This document shows, piece after piece, positions 62,986 to 64,000 of a stretch of 64,000 nt of DNA (position 1 is its first letter; each line of letters opens with the position of its first letter). Source of the DNA: Nitrospirota bacterium (lineage in GTDB: Bacteria; Nitrospirota; Nitrospiria; Nitrospirales; Nitrospiraceae); contig CAVPGK010000011.1 in assembly GCA_963703955.1 (NCBI GenBank), positions 32,001-96,000 of the forward strand, written 5' to 3'. The translations under genes and the position numbers were made by a program. The notes under the pieces are model-generated. The model was not told the origin of the DNA and did not search any database. It saw only the letters and a list, made by a program, of their open reading frames with translations.

Positions 62986-64000
62986 ATGTCTGATTCTTAC
63001 CGTGGGTCAGTTCCCCAAGAGTCCTCCACCACTCCGCAGCATGCCGAAAGAGATCTTGAGAATCTTCGCCGGTTGCTTCTGGCACCCGAGCAGGCCAAAT
63101 TGGGAAAGCTGGAGGAACGTCTGGAGAGATTACATATCGTAGATGCCAAGACAGTAGCCCAGGTATTGCCGGATGCAATTCGCCATCGGTCCAAGCAGGA
63201 TCAACATCTAGCTAGCTCCCTAGCGCCCATTATCGGTGACACCTTCGTTCGGGCCATTAAAGGCTCCCCTCAACTGATAGTCGATGCCATTTACCCCATC
63301 TTGGGGCCGGCGATCAGAAAGGCCATCATTACGGCCATTCAGGGGATGGTGCAGTCGCTCAACGAAACCCTCGAACACAGTTTGTCATGGCAAGGTTTGC
63401 AATGGCGACTTGAGGCCCGGCGCACTGGGAAATCCTTCGGCGAAGTGGTCTTGCTGCACACGCTCCAATTTCGGGTTGAGGAGGTATTTCTGATTCAGAG
63501 GGAAAGCGGCATCCTTCTGCGCCATCTCTACCATCCGAAGGTGCAGGCTCCTGCAGGCCGCGACGAAGATCATATAGCCAGCGTGTTCACCGCGATTAAG
63601 ACCGCCGTGCAGAAGTTTGTGGGCGATTCGTTCCGTGTTTCCAAAGAAGACACGTGGAAGTCCTTTGAGACACACGGAGGTCTGTTAGTGTGGGTCGAAC
63701 CTGGTCCAAAGGCAATTCTAGCTGGAGTCATCCGGGGAATACCCCCTGCACAATTACGGTCTGTATTCCAGGACGTTCTAGATACCATTCATGTCGAGAT
63801 GAATGAAGCCCTCCACAACTTTCGAGGTGATTCAAGTGCATTTGAAGCAGTTGATGACCACCTCACCAGGTGTCTGGAAGAAGGAAGGGCCAAGACTTCA
63901 GTGGGGTCACGCAGTATTTTATCCAAAACTTCTCCGGCTGTGTGGCTGGCCATGGCTGTTTTGTCTGGTCTCCTCGTCTGGGCGATTTTCGCCTATCTAG
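62986..64000 (+). CDS. N-terminal part of a large protein (likely OmpA-associated family), runs off the window
   Basis: GAGGAG RBS, ATG at 62986; open to the end: LRRLLL.PE, PILGPAIRKAI, WRLEARRTGKSF, RVEEVFLI..ESG.LL; TM segment near the end. Confidence 0.75.
   Translation, partial: MSDSYRGSVPQESSTTPQHAERDLENLRRLLLAPEQAKLGKLEERLERLHIVDAKTVAQVLPDAIRHRSKQDQHLASSLAPIIGDTFVRAIKGSPQLIVDAIYPILGPAIRKAIITAIQGMVQSLNETLEHSLSWQGLQWRLEARRTGKSFGEVVLLHTLQFRVEEVFLIQRESGILLRHLYHPKVQAPAGRDEDHIASVFTAIKTAVQKFVGDSFRVSKEDTWKSFETHGGLLVWVEPGPKAILAGVIRGIPPAQLRSVFQDVLDTIHVEMNEALHNFRGDSSAFEAVDDHLTRCLEEGRAKTSVGSRSILSKTSPAVWLAMAVLSGLLVWAIFAYL

Overview
A 64-kb chromosomal window, most likely from a Nitrospira-like (Nitrospirota) genome; this is inferred from gene content and style, not proven. 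Main content in order: a B12-dependent class II ribonucleotide reductase (nrdJ) carrying two LAGLIDADG inteins, with tandem NrdR-like boxes upstream; ampG, mtaB and miaB; an ~19-kb urea locus (ureABC-F-G-D without ureE, a UT-family urea channel, urtABCDE, three predicted outer-membrane beta-barrel genes, and an IS3 element with a 3-bp TSD); a mutY-mutT-GNAT-exonuclease cluster; a GGDEF protein; tRNA-Arg(TCT) and tRNA-Pro(TGG); a ~4.2-kb decayed integrative island that duplicated the 5' half of tRNA-Pro; rdgB, rph, an HD-GYP response regulator, metH, hemW, a Ca2+/H+ antiporter, a ClpS-like gene and many hypotheticals. The most notable unannotated signal is a sigma70-type promoter followed by an ANTAR-type dual-hexaloop hairpin that overlaps an intrinsic terminator, directly upstream of the porin-urtABCDE operon. 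This suggests urea uptake is controlled by RNA antitermination. Many genes (metH, urtA, ureB, ureD, porins) are broken by single-base indels, often in homopolymers, which most likely reflects sequencing or assembly error. No CRISPR array or rRNA was seen.
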